From positions 2,336,001 through 2,400,000 of the forward strand of contig OZ242383.1 in assembly GCA_965209155.1 (NCBI GenBank): DNA of 64,000 nucleotides. The letters run 5' to 3'. Made by a program: the position numbers and the translations under genes. This stretch comes from a bacterium. GTDB taxonomy: Bacteria; SAR324; NAC60-12. This document shows positions 39,470 through 49,731 of this stretch, one piece after another; within the stretch, counting starts at the first letter, position 1; the number at the start of each line of letters is the position of its first letter. A model generated the notes under the pieces. It saw nothing but the letters and a program-made list of their open reading frames with translations, ran no database searches and was not told the origin of the DNA.

Positions 39470-40335
39470 GTGAACAACGACTGGAAGGAAAGGTCGCGAT
39501 CATCACGGGCGCAGCTGGCGGTATCGGATCGCGCCTGACGAGGGCTTTCCTGAACGAAGGCGCGAAGGTGGTGGCTGTCGACTTCAGCGAGGCAGCGCTC
39601 GCGAGGCTCGTCGCCGAACTCGCCGAGGACGGCGTGACCCGGGCGCAACTAATGCCGATCGAGACCGACATTTCCGACTCGCAGGCCTGCGCGAACTGTG
39701 TCCAGTCGACACTCGACGCTTTCGGTACCGTGCACGCGCTCGTGAACAACGCGGGAATCACATTGAATGTTGTGCGTCCGGACTACCTGACGCAACCGGT
39801 CAGGACCAGCGAGCTGAGTCCGCAGCTATGGGACCGGTTTGTGGGTGTCAACCTCTCCGGTGCGTGGTACCTGAGCTACAACGTGCTGCCACACATGGTC
39901 GACCAGGGCTACGGCCGAATCATCAACGTAACGACGAGCTACAACGGAATGCTTTTTGTCGGTGGGCAACCCTACGGGCCTTCCAAGGCCGGTGTGGAGG
40001 CGATGTCCTTGAGCCACGCTGGCGAGTTCCGCGGCACCGGCGTCACCGTGAACGTGGTCGTGCCGGGCGGGCCGGCAGACACGCCGATGATACCGAAAGA
40101 GGCACCGTTTGCGCGCAGTGACCTGATCGATCCTGAGTGTATGGCGCCGCCGATGATCTGGTTATGCGCCGAGGCAGGCGACGACGTGACCGGCCGGCGT
40201 TACATCGCCGCAAAATGGGATCCCGATATCGACTTCGACGTGGCCGCGGCAGCCTGCTCGCGTCCCGCCGCGTGGCCCGAACTCACGCAAGATTTGATTA
40301 AACCAAAAACCACTTTCAAAGGAGATCAAGAATGA
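39466..40335 (+). CDS. SDR family oxidoreductase
   Basis: TGAAGGIG, NNAG, YGPSK. Confidence 0.92.
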   Translation: MSEQRLEGKVAIITGAAGGIGSRLTRAFLNEGAKVVAVDFSEAALARLVAELAEDGVTRAQLMPIETDISDSQACANCVQSTLDAFGTVHALVNNAGITLNVVRPDYLTQPVRTSELSPQLWDRFVGVNLSGAWYLSYNVLPHMVDQGYGRIINVTTSYNGMLFVGGQPYGPSKAGVEAMSLSHAGEFRGTGVTVNVVVPGGPADTPMIPKEAPFARSDLIDPECMAPPMIWLCAEAGDDVTGRRYIAAKWDPDIDFDVAAAACSRPAAWPELTQDLIKPKTTFKGDQE

Positions 40336-41243
40336 GTGAACAACGACTTAATGGCTGGAACAAGCAAAAAACAGTTTTTACCTATGCGAACGATCGGAAA
40401 TTTGATACTGGTCTCCGTAAAGGCGCAGTATATGCCGACCTTGGCCTCGCAGAAGCAACCAGGGGTCAATTTCACGGTGAGATTATCAAAAAAAATCCAG
40501 ATAATTTAGTGACAGATAAAGAAAAATCAACCACAGGCATGCACCGTCATCATTATGATTTTCAGTTTAACTATGTCCTGTCGGGAGAGATCGATTTGGT
40601 AATTGAAGAGGAAGAGAAAACAACCTTCAGGGCTGGCGACACCTACTTTATCCCATCCCGGGCCCTTCATGACGAAACCCGGGTTACTGACGACTTCCAG
40701 GTAGTGCAAATTTACGGGCCAGCCAAGGCTCAAACAGATACAGTAGGTCAGGCAGGGGGTGGCGGTGAGGTGTCCGAAGACTGGTCCGACAAGCTATCAA
40801 AAATGAGCGAACAACGTCTGACAGGTTGGAACAAGCAAAAACCGGCCTTCACTTTTGCCAAGGGCCGCGAGTTTGGATCGGGCCTCCGCAGGGCCGCTTT
40901 ATATGCGGACCTTGGCCTCGCAGAAGCTACCGGCGGTCAGTTTCATGCGGAGATCATCAAAATCAATAAAGACGTACATACCTCTCAGCAAACAAGCGGG
41001 ATGCACCGTAACGAATATGATTTTCAGTTTAACTATGTGCTCGCTGGTGAAATCGATTTTGTGATTGAAGGAATAAACGATGCGCCAGGCGATGAGAAGT
41101 TGGTTTTCAGAGCGGGGGACACCTATTTCCTATCGAGCAGAGTTCTGCACAACGAAACGCGGGTGTCTGAAGACTTTTCAGTCATGCAGGTATATGGACC
41201 AGCAAACGCTTCCACAGAGCAATTAACGCCAGAGGTTGACTAA
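40332..41243 (+). CDS. Bicupin formed from two tandem cupin repeats
   Basis: Two copies of MSEQRL.GWNKQK...GMHR..YDFQFNYVL.GE...GDTYF...LH.E. Confidence 0.88.
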   Translation: MSEQRLNGWNKQKTVFTYANDRKFDTGLRKGAVYADLGLAEATRGQFHGEIIKKNPDNLVTDKEKSTTGMHRHHYDFQFNYVLSGEIDLVIEEEEKTTFRAGDTYFIPSRALHDETRVTDDFQVVQIYGPAKAQTDTVGQAGGGGEVSEDWSDKLSKMSEQRLTGWNKQKPAFTFAKGREFGSGLRRAALYADLGLAEATGGQFHAEIIKINKDVHTSQQTSGMHRNEYDFQFNYVLAGEIDFVIEGINDAPGDEKLVFRAGDTYFLSSRVLHNETRVSEDFSVMQVYGPANASTEQLTPEVD

Positions 41244-41316
41244 TACACAGACTGATCCGACTTGGGCAATTCATTTTTTTCCTCATCCCTTAACACCTAG
41301 CTAAAGGAGAAGATCG

Positions 41317-42318
41317 ATGACGATGGGACACCACAAAATGGAATATGAGGTTTTGCAAGGCTGGGAGCAGTTGCCCGAAGGCTGGTCATTCGTTGAGGTG
41401 GCGGGCGTCGCCGTAGATAGCCAGGACCGGGTCTACGTCTTCAACCGGGGCGAGCATCCGATCATCGTTTTCGACAAGGAAGGCAAATTTCTGAACACCT
41501 GGGGCGAGGATATCTTCACCAACGCCCACGGCATCTATATCGACGAGAACGACCACCTGTTCTGTGCCGACCACTTCGACCACACGGTGCGCAAGCTGAC
41601 GACCGACGGCGAGCTGTTGATGACGCTCGGCGACACCGAGAATCCCGCCGACACCGGCTTCAAGATCGATCACAGCCCGGTCTGCCGTTCCGCTGGTCCC
41701 TTCAATATGGTGACCAACGCGGCGGTCGGTCCGGATGGCGATCTCTTCGTTTCAGACGGCTACGGCAACGCGCGTGTCCACCGGTTCAGCGCCGGAGGCG
41801 AGCTGAAGGTGTCCTGGGGTGAACCGGGGAGCGGTCCGGGCCAGTTCAATCTACCCCATGGGATCGTCGTCGACCGTTCCGGCCGGGTCTTCGTCGCCGA
41901 CCGGGAGAACTCCCGCATTCAGATTTTTTCGAGCGAAGGCGAGCTGTTGAACATCTGGGACTGGGTCAACCGACCGGATGACCTTTTTCTTGATGAACAG
42001 GAAAACCTCTATATTGCCGAGCTCGGCTGGGCGTTTATGCCGTCTCGGCCGCTGTTGCATTATAAATTAATGACCATGCCGCCGATTGGCCACGACCCCG
42101 TTGCCCGGGTCACGATCTGCGATCTCGACGGCAATATTCAGGCCCGGTTTGGCGGTTCCAATCCAATCCTACCCGGCAATTTCATCTCGCCGCATGGTAT
42201 CTGGGCGGATTCGCGCGGCGATATCTACGTCGGCGAAGTGGTGAAGACATCTGGTGCGATCGAGCGTTTCGCACCATTGACCCCGCCTTCCTTCCAGAAG
42301 TTCATCCGCGCCAAGTGA
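41317..42318 (+). CDS. NHL-repeat beta-propeller (peptidyl-alpha-hydroxyglycine lyase-like)
   Basis: SDGYGNARV, GQFNLPHGI, VADRENSRIQ. Confidence 0.88.
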   Translation: MTMGHHKMEYEVLQGWEQLPEGWSFVEVAGVAVDSQDRVYVFNRGEHPIIVFDKEGKFLNTWGEDIFTNAHGIYIDENDHLFCADHFDHTVRKLTTDGELLMTLGDTENPADTGFKIDHSPVCRSAGPFNMVTNAAVGPDGDLFVSDGYGNARVHRFSAGGELKVSWGEPGSGPGQFNLPHGIVVDRSGRVFVADRENSRIQIFSSEGELLNIWDWVNRPDDLFLDEQENLYIAELGWAFMPSRPLLHYKLMTMPPIGHDPVARVTICDLDGNIQARFGGSNPILPGNFISPHGIWADSRGDIYVGEVVKTSGAIERFAPLTPPSFQKFIRAK

Positions 42319-42497
42319 GGGCACACTAATCTTATGCTGAACTCAAGTGGAGGTTTTGTGACCGACTGCGGTGACTGGGTCGAAGTAGCGCCGTAGACTG
42401 CGCACCCTGGCACGGTATGGGGACATCTACAATTATAACGGTTGGGAAGGGATGGATGACGAAAGAATGGGTGCGTATTGATATACCGGTGAGTGTT

Positions 42498-42689
42498 CGC
42501 TGGGGTGTGGGTGGTGCGATAGCCCAAAAATTCGCCCAAGAAGGGTTCTTTGTGGTCCTGACAACTCGTCGCACCCCAAACGCTACTCTGCTGGACCAGG
42601 CGATCCAAGAACAGGGCGGGGAAAGCATGATCGTCGAACTGGATTTGACCTCGAGTGAATCGATTGTCATCAAATCTCTTAAGCTCTAA
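42498..42689 (+). pseudogene. SDR N-terminal fragment
   Basis: RWGVGGAIAQKFAQEGFFVVLTTR...VELDL then breaks. Confidence 0.65.
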
Positions 42690-42943
42690 TAACGAAGCGA
42701 ACATACGCTACCTAAGTTCTCCAACGATTGGGAATGGACACACTTTGCGTGAACAACAAGCAAGTGGGTAACAAAGCTTACGTCTTCCCATTCTCCAGAT
42801 ACGAAACATCAGTCCTGAATCATTGCGACTATTCCCGGTTTCTGCTACGTCTATAACAATCAGGATTGAAATTTTGAAACGATCACTACTCTCTGGTATC
42901 TTAAAAAAAAGAGGTATTAAAAAATTAACCTTGGGAGAACAAC

Positions 42944-43252
42944 ATGTGGCAAATCCATCAACTAGAACGGTTGGGACAAATTGAACCGGAATTTATCAAT
43001 AAAACCTTGGTTTCATTACTGAGACAAGAGACAGCTTTGTGGGAGAAACTGGTTATTGGAGCCTATCTTGACGAGGAAATTAATTTTGGAAAAGTGGCTG
43101 AATTATTAGAACTCCATCCCGTTGAGTTAAAACGCCAATTCCTCACTAAAGGAATTCCCATCCGGTTTGGGGTTGAATCCAAAGAGGCCATCTTAGCAGA
43201 CCAGGCGACCGCTAAAGCAATAATGATCGCAAACACTTTGCCAGGGAGGTAA
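42944..43252 (+). CDS. UPF0175 family antitoxin-like protein
   Basis: AYLDEEINFGKVAELLEL...GIP. Confidence 0.75.
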   Translation: MWQIHQLERLGQIEPEFINKTLVSLLRQETALWEKLVIGAYLDEEINFGKVAELLELHPVELKRQFLTKGIPIRFGVESKEAILADQATAKAIMIANTLPGR

Positions 43253-43262
43253 ATCAGAGTGC

Positions 43263-43460
43263 TAAGCGCTCTTGCTTCCACGGCTCTCGTTCTTTTTCAA
43301 AGAGTTGACAGGCTTCTTGAAGAGCCTCAAGGGGGGCTGTCGATGAAATGGAACTAATATACTTTTGAACTTTCGAGAGCATAAAATCCTTCCTGGATTT
43401 TACGCCGGGCAAAATCTGTGCTTAAATTGAAGGGGGCTCTAAAGTAACCTAAATTGTTAC
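43263..43460 (-). mobile_element. IS66-family left-end remnant
   Basis: Near-identical to ~19000-19196 and 28789-28987. Confidence 0.85.
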
Positions 43461-43529
43461 CTCATGATATACGTATTGATATATCAAATTTGGCGTAATT
43501 CGGGTTACCAAAGCATATTCAAAATCTGA

Positions 43530-45023
43530 TCAGCTCATCCAATCGGGATTGTTGGGATTGACCCATTTGGTGGTCACTTTCTTGTTTTTAGTCCAAAAGA
43601 TCATACCATCTTCACCCGTGATATCGCCCGTACCAAATTTTGAATCGTTCCATCCTCCGAATGAGAATGGTTCACGAGGTACAGGCACTCCGATGTTCAC
43701 GCCAATCATTCCCGAGCTGGCATGTTCGGCCAGATATTCTGCAGGCGCACCGGAACAAGTGAAGATAGATGCCGCATTGCCATAGGGATTTTTATTTTCA
43801 ATTTGAACCGCCTCCTCCAAGGTGTTCACATGGACAATAGAGAGGACCGGACCAAATATTTCATCATGCGCGGCAGGCATTTCCGTGGTAACGTTGTCGA
43901 TGATGGTGGGTCCGACCCAATAACCATTTTCGCTGTTTGCGATATAATTTTCCGGTTTGGCCTGCCGTCCATCGACCGACACCGTAGCCCCCATTTCTTC
44001 TGCCTGCGTGATATATGAGTTTATACGCTCGACACTGGCTTTATTGATGATTGCGCCTTGATCGTGTCCGACCTTGACGGACCTGGCATACTCGACCATT
44101 TTGTTAATGATGCGGTCACAATCTCCCACAGCAATCATCAAACTGGCCGCCATGCAGCGCTGGCCTGCGCAACCTATGGCAGAATTGACGATTTGTGACG
44201 GCGCGTAGTTCAAATTGGCGTCCGGCATGCAAATCAAGTGGTTTTTTGCGCCACCTAAAGCAAGCACCGTTTTGCCTGCCGCAGAGCCTCGTTGATAGAC
44301 AATTTTCGCTACTTTCGATGAGCCCACAAAACTGACCGCCTCAATATCAGGATGATCACAAATTTCTTCAACCACATCTGCCGATCCAATGACTACATTG
44401 AAAACTCCATCGGGTAATCCTGCTTGACGAAACAGCTCACCCATCCGTAGTGCCGAAAGCGGTACTTGTTCAGACGGCTTGAGAATCATGGTATTACCCA
44501 CTGTCAGCGCAATTGGGACTGTCCACATCGGAACCATAAAGGGAAAATTGAATGGAGTGATAGATGCTACCACCCCGAGCGGCTCACGGACCATGCGGCA
44601 GGTTACGCCATTGCTCACCTCTTGGAATTCTCCCGCAATTTTATTAGGAAGCGAAAGGGCGTATTCCAGAACTTCCACTCCTTTCATTATTCCGGCTTCT
44701 GATTCGCTCAACAGTTTGCCATTTTCCGTTGAAACCAAATGGCTCAATTCTTCCATGTTTTGCTCAATCAATTGCTTGAAACGAAACATGACCTGCACCC
44801 TGGCTTTGATATTGGTATCTCTCCAGCCTGGAAATGCTTTTTTGGCGACTGCAACCGCATGGTCCACGTCACCCTGAGTACCAACGGGATACTCTCCAAT
44901 CACCCCACCCGTGTAAGGAGAATAAATGTTTCCATATTGATTGGCGCTGGATGCTTGATATCGACCCCCTATCCAGTTTTGAATTCTGCCAAAATCCTGT
45001 TTGATTTTCACTTCGTTTTCCAT
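43530..45023 (-). CDS. mmsA: CoA-acylating methylmalonate-semialdehyde dehydrogenase
   Basis: TPFNFP, GGAKNH, GCAGQRCMA, VPVPREPFSFGGW. Confidence 0.93.
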   Translation of the reverse strand: MENEVKIKQDFGRIQNWIGGRYQASSANQYGNIYSPYTGGVIGEYPVGTQGDVDHAVAVAKKAFPGWRDTNIKARVQVMFRFKQLIEQNMEELSHLVSTENGKLLSESEAGIMKGVEVLEYALSLPNKIAGEFQEVSNGVTCRMVREPLGVVASITPFNFPFMVPMWTVPIALTVGNTMILKPSEQVPLSALRMGELFRQAGLPDGVFNVVIGSADVVEEICDHPDIEAVSFVGSSKVAKIVYQRGSAAGKTVLALGGAKNHLICMPDANLNYAPSQIVNSAIGCAGQRCMAASLMIAVGDCDRIINKMVEYARSVKVGHDQGAIINKASVERINSYITQAEEMGATVSVDGRQAKPENYIANSENGYWVGPTIIDNVTTEMPAAHDEIFGPVLSIVHVNTLEEAVQIENKNPYGNAASIFTCSGAPAEYLAEHASSGMIGVNIGVPVPREPFSFGGWNDSKFGTGDITGEDGMIFWTKNKKVTTKWVNPNNPDWMS

Positions 45024-45345
45024 GGTTCTACCTCTTCAGAAAAGTGGAGTTCATTTGTCTTCGTAATCGAATAAGGATTTCTTTCACAGGATCGTCGCTG
45101 GAAAAAACTGGATTGCCAAAGACAGAGCGCAAGAAATTTCAAATACTATTTTTTAAAAATCCATAATAATCAAATTTCTTGATTTGCCAAGTCATTTTAT
45201 GGAACGCAGAAACCTTTACAAGGATATTCAGTTACATAAAGCGTCGTTGCGAATGAATTGGATATTATTTTTTCCTTGATTTTTACCTGGTTTTCGGTAA
45301 TGAATCAAAGATTGTTTTAGGGTTTATAAAGAAAAGAGAGGTTGA

Positions 45346-47589
45346 ATGGAAGCGGATCATACCGTCAGATCAACCTGCCCTTACTGTGGAGTGGGGTGTC
45401 AGGTCCTGTTAAACATCAAGGAAAATCACATCTTCCGTGTGGATGCTCCTTTTGATGCGGCGCCCAATTACGGGCGTTTGTGCGTGAAAGGACGATTTGG
45501 TACGGACTACTTACACCACGAAGGCCGATTGAACAAACCTTTGATCCGTAAAAATTCGCAAACGCCTGGCAACCGTACTCCAGCGAAGTTTCCGCAGGAT
45601 TGGCGTCAATCGACTTGGGACGAAGCTCTGGACCTGGTAGTCAACCGGTTACTCGAGCTTCGCTGGCTTCATGGTCCGGACAGTATCACTGCCAATGCAT
45701 GCGCCAAGGCGACCAATGAAGACAATTATCTCCTGATGAAATATTTTCGCAGCATCATTGGTACCAACAATGTGGACCATTGCACTCGTCTCTGCCATGC
45801 GGGCAGTGTGGCCGCGCTGCAAATGGCGATCAATTCCAGTGCCATGAGCAATTCTATCGCCGAAATGAAAGACTTGGAATGTTTCATCATCACTGGAGCC
45901 AACCCCGCGGAAAACCACCCGGTGATTGCCACTTTTCTCAAGCAGGCAGTCACCCAAAATGGCGCCAATTTAATTGTGGTCGACCCCCGGCGCACCGAAA
46001 TGGTGGAGTTTGCGGACTTATGGTTACGTCAAAATCCTGAAACCGATACTGCTTTGTTCAATGCTATCGCCCATGTTGTAGTCCAGGAGAACTTGTATGA
46101 CAAGGAATTTGTTGCCAAACGGACTGAGGGATTCGAGGACTATCTCCGCAGTCTGCAGGATAAGACCCCCAAATGGGCTGAATCTATTACAGGAGTGCCT
46201 GCCAAAGACATCCGGAAAGCAGCCTGCATGTATGCCACGGCAAAGGCAGCCTCCATATACTGGGGCATGGGAATCAGTCAAAGTGTTCATGGAACCGACA
46301 ACGCCTTAACACTCATCAACCTGGCCTTATTATGTGGTCACATTGGCCGCCCCGGAACCGGATTGAATCCACTGCGTGGGCAGAACAACGTACAGGGATG
46401 CTCCGATTCCGGAGGCATGCCGACAGTTTACACGGCATATCAAGAAATTGTCGATACGACTGTACGAGAAAAATTCGAGCAAGCCTGGCATACCCTGCTG
46501 CCTGCCGAGCCAGGATTGACAACTACTGAAATGGTGGAAGGTGCGCTATCCGGAGCAGTCAAAGCATGGTTCGTGATGGGGGAAAATCCTCTTATGAGCG
46601 AACCCGATCTGAATCATGCGCGCAAGGCCGTGGAACAACTGGAATTCTTTGTGGCGCAGGATATTTTTTTCAACGAAACCAATGTTTATGCGGATGTCCT
46701 CCTGCCTGCTGCCGCTTTTGCTGAAAAAGATGGCACTTTCACCAATTCGGACCGTCGTGTTCAGCGAGTGCGAAAGGCAGTAGCCCCTCCTGGGGTGGCC
46801 AGGGCAGACTGGCAAATCATCAGTGAGATTGCTCGCCGGACGATCAACAAAATAACGCGCAAGGTGGATGAACACCCTGGTGCTGCCTGCAGAAAATTGG
46901 ACCTGACTATTGACCGGAACGCCAATAAAATGCTAGCGGATTGGGAATATGACGATCCTGGGGCCATCTGGGACGAAATGAGAGAGGTTACCGAGCCATT
47001 TAATGGCATTACTTATCAGCGACTCGAGGAAGAAGGAGGTGTTCATTGGCCCTGTCCGTCGCTTGACCATCCAGGTACGCCTTATCTTTTTAAAGACGAA
47101 TTCCCCAGTGGAAAAGGCAAGTTTTTCGCGGTGGAATATACCAATGAGAGTGAAATCGTGGACGAGGATTATCCATTAGTCTTGAGTACCGGTCGCTTGT
47201 TGTATCATTGGCATGGAACCATGTCTCGATTTTCTTCCCTGGACAAAATCTGGCCGGAATGCACGGTGGAAATGAATCCCAACGACGCTGCAAAGTATGC
47301 CTTCGAAATGGGAGAGTGGGTTGATGTTTTCAGCAGAAGGGGAGTGATCACTGCACGACTTCTGGTCACAAAACGTTCTCCGGAAGGATCGATATTTATT
47401 CCATTCCATTTCGCGGAAGCAGCCGCTAACACTTTGACCAATAATCTGACTGACAAAATCGCCAAAATTCCCGACTATAAAATATGCGCAGTGAAAGTGG
47501 CACGAGCTGAACAAATTCCCCTTGATCGCGAAGGCGCTCATATTCCCTTGATAGAACGGGGCGCCATCAAGGATGTGGCTCCGGATTGA
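45346..47589 (+). CDS. fdhA: Formate dehydrogenase catalytic subunit (Mo/W-bisPGD, Cys type, no Tat signal)
   Basis: CPYCGVGC, NNVDHCTRLCH, RGQNNVQG, EKDGTFTN. Confidence 0.92.
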   Translation: MEADHTVRSTCPYCGVGCQVLLNIKENHIFRVDAPFDAAPNYGRLCVKGRFGTDYLHHEGRLNKPLIRKNSQTPGNRTPAKFPQDWRQSTWDEALDLVVNRLLELRWLHGPDSITANACAKATNEDNYLLMKYFRSIIGTNNVDHCTRLCHAGSVAALQMAINSSAMSNSIAEMKDLECFIITGANPAENHPVIATFLKQAVTQNGANLIVVDPRRTEMVEFADLWLRQNPETDTALFNAIAHVVVQENLYDKEFVAKRTEGFEDYLRSLQDKTPKWAESITGVPAKDIRKAACMYATAKAASIYWGMGISQSVHGTDNALTLINLALLCGHIGRPGTGLNPLRGQNNVQGCSDSGGMPTVYTAYQEIVDTTVREKFEQAWHTLLPAEPGLTTTEMVEGALSGAVKAWFVMGENPLMSEPDLNHARKAVEQLEFFVAQDIFFNETNVYADVLLPAAAFAEKDGTFTNSDRRVQRVRKAVAPPGVARADWQIISEIARRTINKITRKVDEHPGAACRKLDLTIDRNANKMLADWEYDDPGAIWDEMREVTEPFNGITYQRLEEEGGVHWPCPSLDHPGTPYLFKDEFPSGKGKFFAVEYTNESEIVDEDYPLVLSTGRLLYHWHGTMSRFSSLDKIWPECTVEMNPNDAAKYAFEMGEWVDVFSRRGVITARLLVTKRSPEGSIFIPFHFAEAAANTLTNNLTDKIAKIPDYKICAVKVARAEQIPLDREGAHIPLIERGAIKDVAPD

Positions 47590-47597
47590 AATAAATC

Positions 47598-49727
47598 ATG
47601 AATGAATTGGAAAAATTCGCCGAGGACCTGCGCGAAAATCGTATCAGTCGCGCCAGTCTTTTTTGGCTGCGTGTTTTTGTACGGAATGCGCAGGATGGTG
47701 TCATGCGTTCCGACAATTGGATATCAACCGGGTTGCGGGAGGGTGCTGCCATATCGGGTTTGGATGCGGTAAATTCCAGACCACGCATCGCTTTACTGAC
47801 GAACTACGATCTTTTCCGGGCAAAGCGTCTGAAAGACCAAAAAGTGTTTACCGGCCAAGAAATGGATTCCCTCGATTGGAATCGTAAGTATGATTTGAGT
47901 CTCCAACCGGGAATCCGGCGTGACAATGACGCGCTGGAGAACTGGATTGAAAGACTTTGGGAGGAAGTGGGTGTGGTTTCACCTCGAGACCAGGCCCTGG
48001 AAAAATTGTTAAAGAACCCGATATCCGTATGGGGGAAAAATATTCCGAATCGCTCTTTTCTTCCCGAGATCTTGCATGAAGCCCAAATGCTCAATCAGGG
48101 CTGGCTCTCTCGCGCAGTACTCACGCGAATTGCCCGGGCTTTGAATATACCGCTCTCGGATGTCTACGGAGTGACTGAATTTTTCACCATGTTTTATACC
48201 AAGCCGGTTGGAAGAAAAGTGTTACGATTGTGTGAAGACGCAGCTTGCGATCTGAGGGGATCCCACACCATCCAGGAGGCGCTTTGCCATCGCTTAAACA
48301 TTAAGCCTGGTGAAACGACGGCTGATGGCGAATATACGATTGAACCCATACGCTGTTTGGGACTGTGCGATCATGCGCCGGCCGCCTTAGTGAACCATAC
48401 ACGTCATTTTGAACTATCTCTCGAGAGTCTTGACGTTCTGCTGAACGACGAACCCACTCATGCGCAACAACTGAATAAAGGAGGAGGGCTGGTTAAGATC
48501 GCACTGGCGAATATCAATCTTGTTGACCCGGGAAGTTTGAAAAATTATCAAGCTCACGGAGGATTGGCTGCAATAAAGAAAGTACTGCAGGAAATGAGCC
48601 CGGAACAAGTGATTGAAACCGTCAAAGCCAGCAAACTGGTTGGACGGGGGGGAGCCGCTTTTCCTACAGGATTGAAGTGGCAATTGACTGCCAATAATCC
48701 ACCAGGACCTCGTTACGTGATTTGCAATGCCGATGAAAGTGAGGTTGGCGCATTTAAAGACCGCGTTCTCCTGGACAGTGATCCGTTCCGTATCATTGAA
48801 GGGCTGCTCATTGCTTGTTATGCGATAGGGGCCAACGAAGGGTACGTTTATATTCGCGGCGAGAACCGTTTGAGTTATGAACGGTTCGTCCATGCGGTGG
48901 CAGTCATGGAAGAGAATGGGTGGTTGGGTGAAAATATCGCAAACAGTGATTTCAACTGCAGAGTCGCAGTGCGACGTGGTGCTGGCGCTTATATTTGTGG
49001 AGAAGAAACGGCGTTAATGGAAGCCTTGGAAGGCAAACGAGGATTCCCCCGTTTGCGTCCTCCTTTTCCCAGCACTCATGGTCTGTGGGGCAAACCAACG
49101 GTAATAAACAACGTGGAAACTTTATCAAAAATTCCTGCCATTGTCATACATGGGGGAAAATGGTACAGTATGCTGGGTACTGCCGAATCGGCAGGGACCA
49201 AGCTTTTTTCCGTCAGCGGTTCTATCAAAAGGCCAGGTGTTTATGAGGTTCCGTTTGGAGTTCCACTGCGACACTTAATATACGACCTGGCAGGAGGTCC
49301 TCCTGAAAATATGGAATTATCAGCAATTTTAACAGGTGGAGCTGCCGGGACTTTTCTGAGGCCAGAACACTTGGACACGCCAATTTCCTACGAAGATTTC
49401 AAACCCATCGATGGAACCATTGGTGCGGGAACGATGATCGTATTTGATGAAACCGTAGATTTGAGACATGTATTGAGCAACATCACTGATTTTTTTGCGC
49501 ATGAAAGTTGTGGAAAATGTTATCCTTGTCAGATCGGTAGTCAGCGGCAAGCAGAGATTCTCCAACGCAATGAAAAGGGAGAGGGTTTTAGTGAAGATAC
49601 CGAAACCTTGCTCGAGCTGGCTCGAGTGATGACAGATACCAGTATTTGTGGATTGGGACAGTCTGCCGGTTGGGCCACCGTCGATGCCATCAAACGCTGG
49701 CCGGATCTGTTGCCACGACTGAGGTAA
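47598..49727 (+). CDS. NuoE-NuoF fused diaphorase subunit with an extra N-terminal domain
   Basis: CEDAAC/CLGLC 2Fe-2S; GRGGAAFP, NADESE, GAYICGEE, ESCGKCYPC. Confidence 0.9.
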   Translation: MNELEKFAEDLRENRISRASLFWLRVFVRNAQDGVMRSDNWISTGLREGAAISGLDAVNSRPRIALLTNYDLFRAKRLKDQKVFTGQEMDSLDWNRKYDLSLQPGIRRDNDALENWIERLWEEVGVVSPRDQALEKLLKNPISVWGKNIPNRSFLPEILHEAQMLNQGWLSRAVLTRIARALNIPLSDVYGVTEFFTMFYTKPVGRKVLRLCEDAACDLRGSHTIQEALCHRLNIKPGETTADGEYTIEPIRCLGLCDHAPAALVNHTRHFELSLESLDVLLNDEPTHAQQLNKGGGLVKIALANINLVDPGSLKNYQAHGGLAAIKKVLQEMSPEQVIETVKASKLVGRGGAAFPTGLKWQLTANNPPGPRYVICNADESEVGAFKDRVLLDSDPFRIIEGLLIACYAIGANEGYVYIRGENRLSYERFVHAVAVMEENGWLGENIANSDFNCRVAVRRGAGAYICGEETALMEALEGKRGFPRLRPPFPSTHGLWGKPTVINNVETLSKIPAIVIHGGKWYSMLGTAESAGTKLFSVSGSIKRPGVYEVPFGVPLRHLIYDLAGGPPENMELSAILTGGAAGTFLRPEHLDTPISYEDFKPIDGTIGAGTMIVFDETVDLRHVLSNITDFFAHESCGKCYPCQIGSQRQAEILQRNEKGEGFSEDTETLLELARVMTDTSICGLGQSAGWATVDAIKRWPDLLPRLR

Positions 49728-49731
49728 GACC

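Noticed and set aside
45770..45800. Selenocysteine in formate dehydrogenase
   Set aside because: The active-site codon is TGC (Cys) and the ORF has no in-frame TGA
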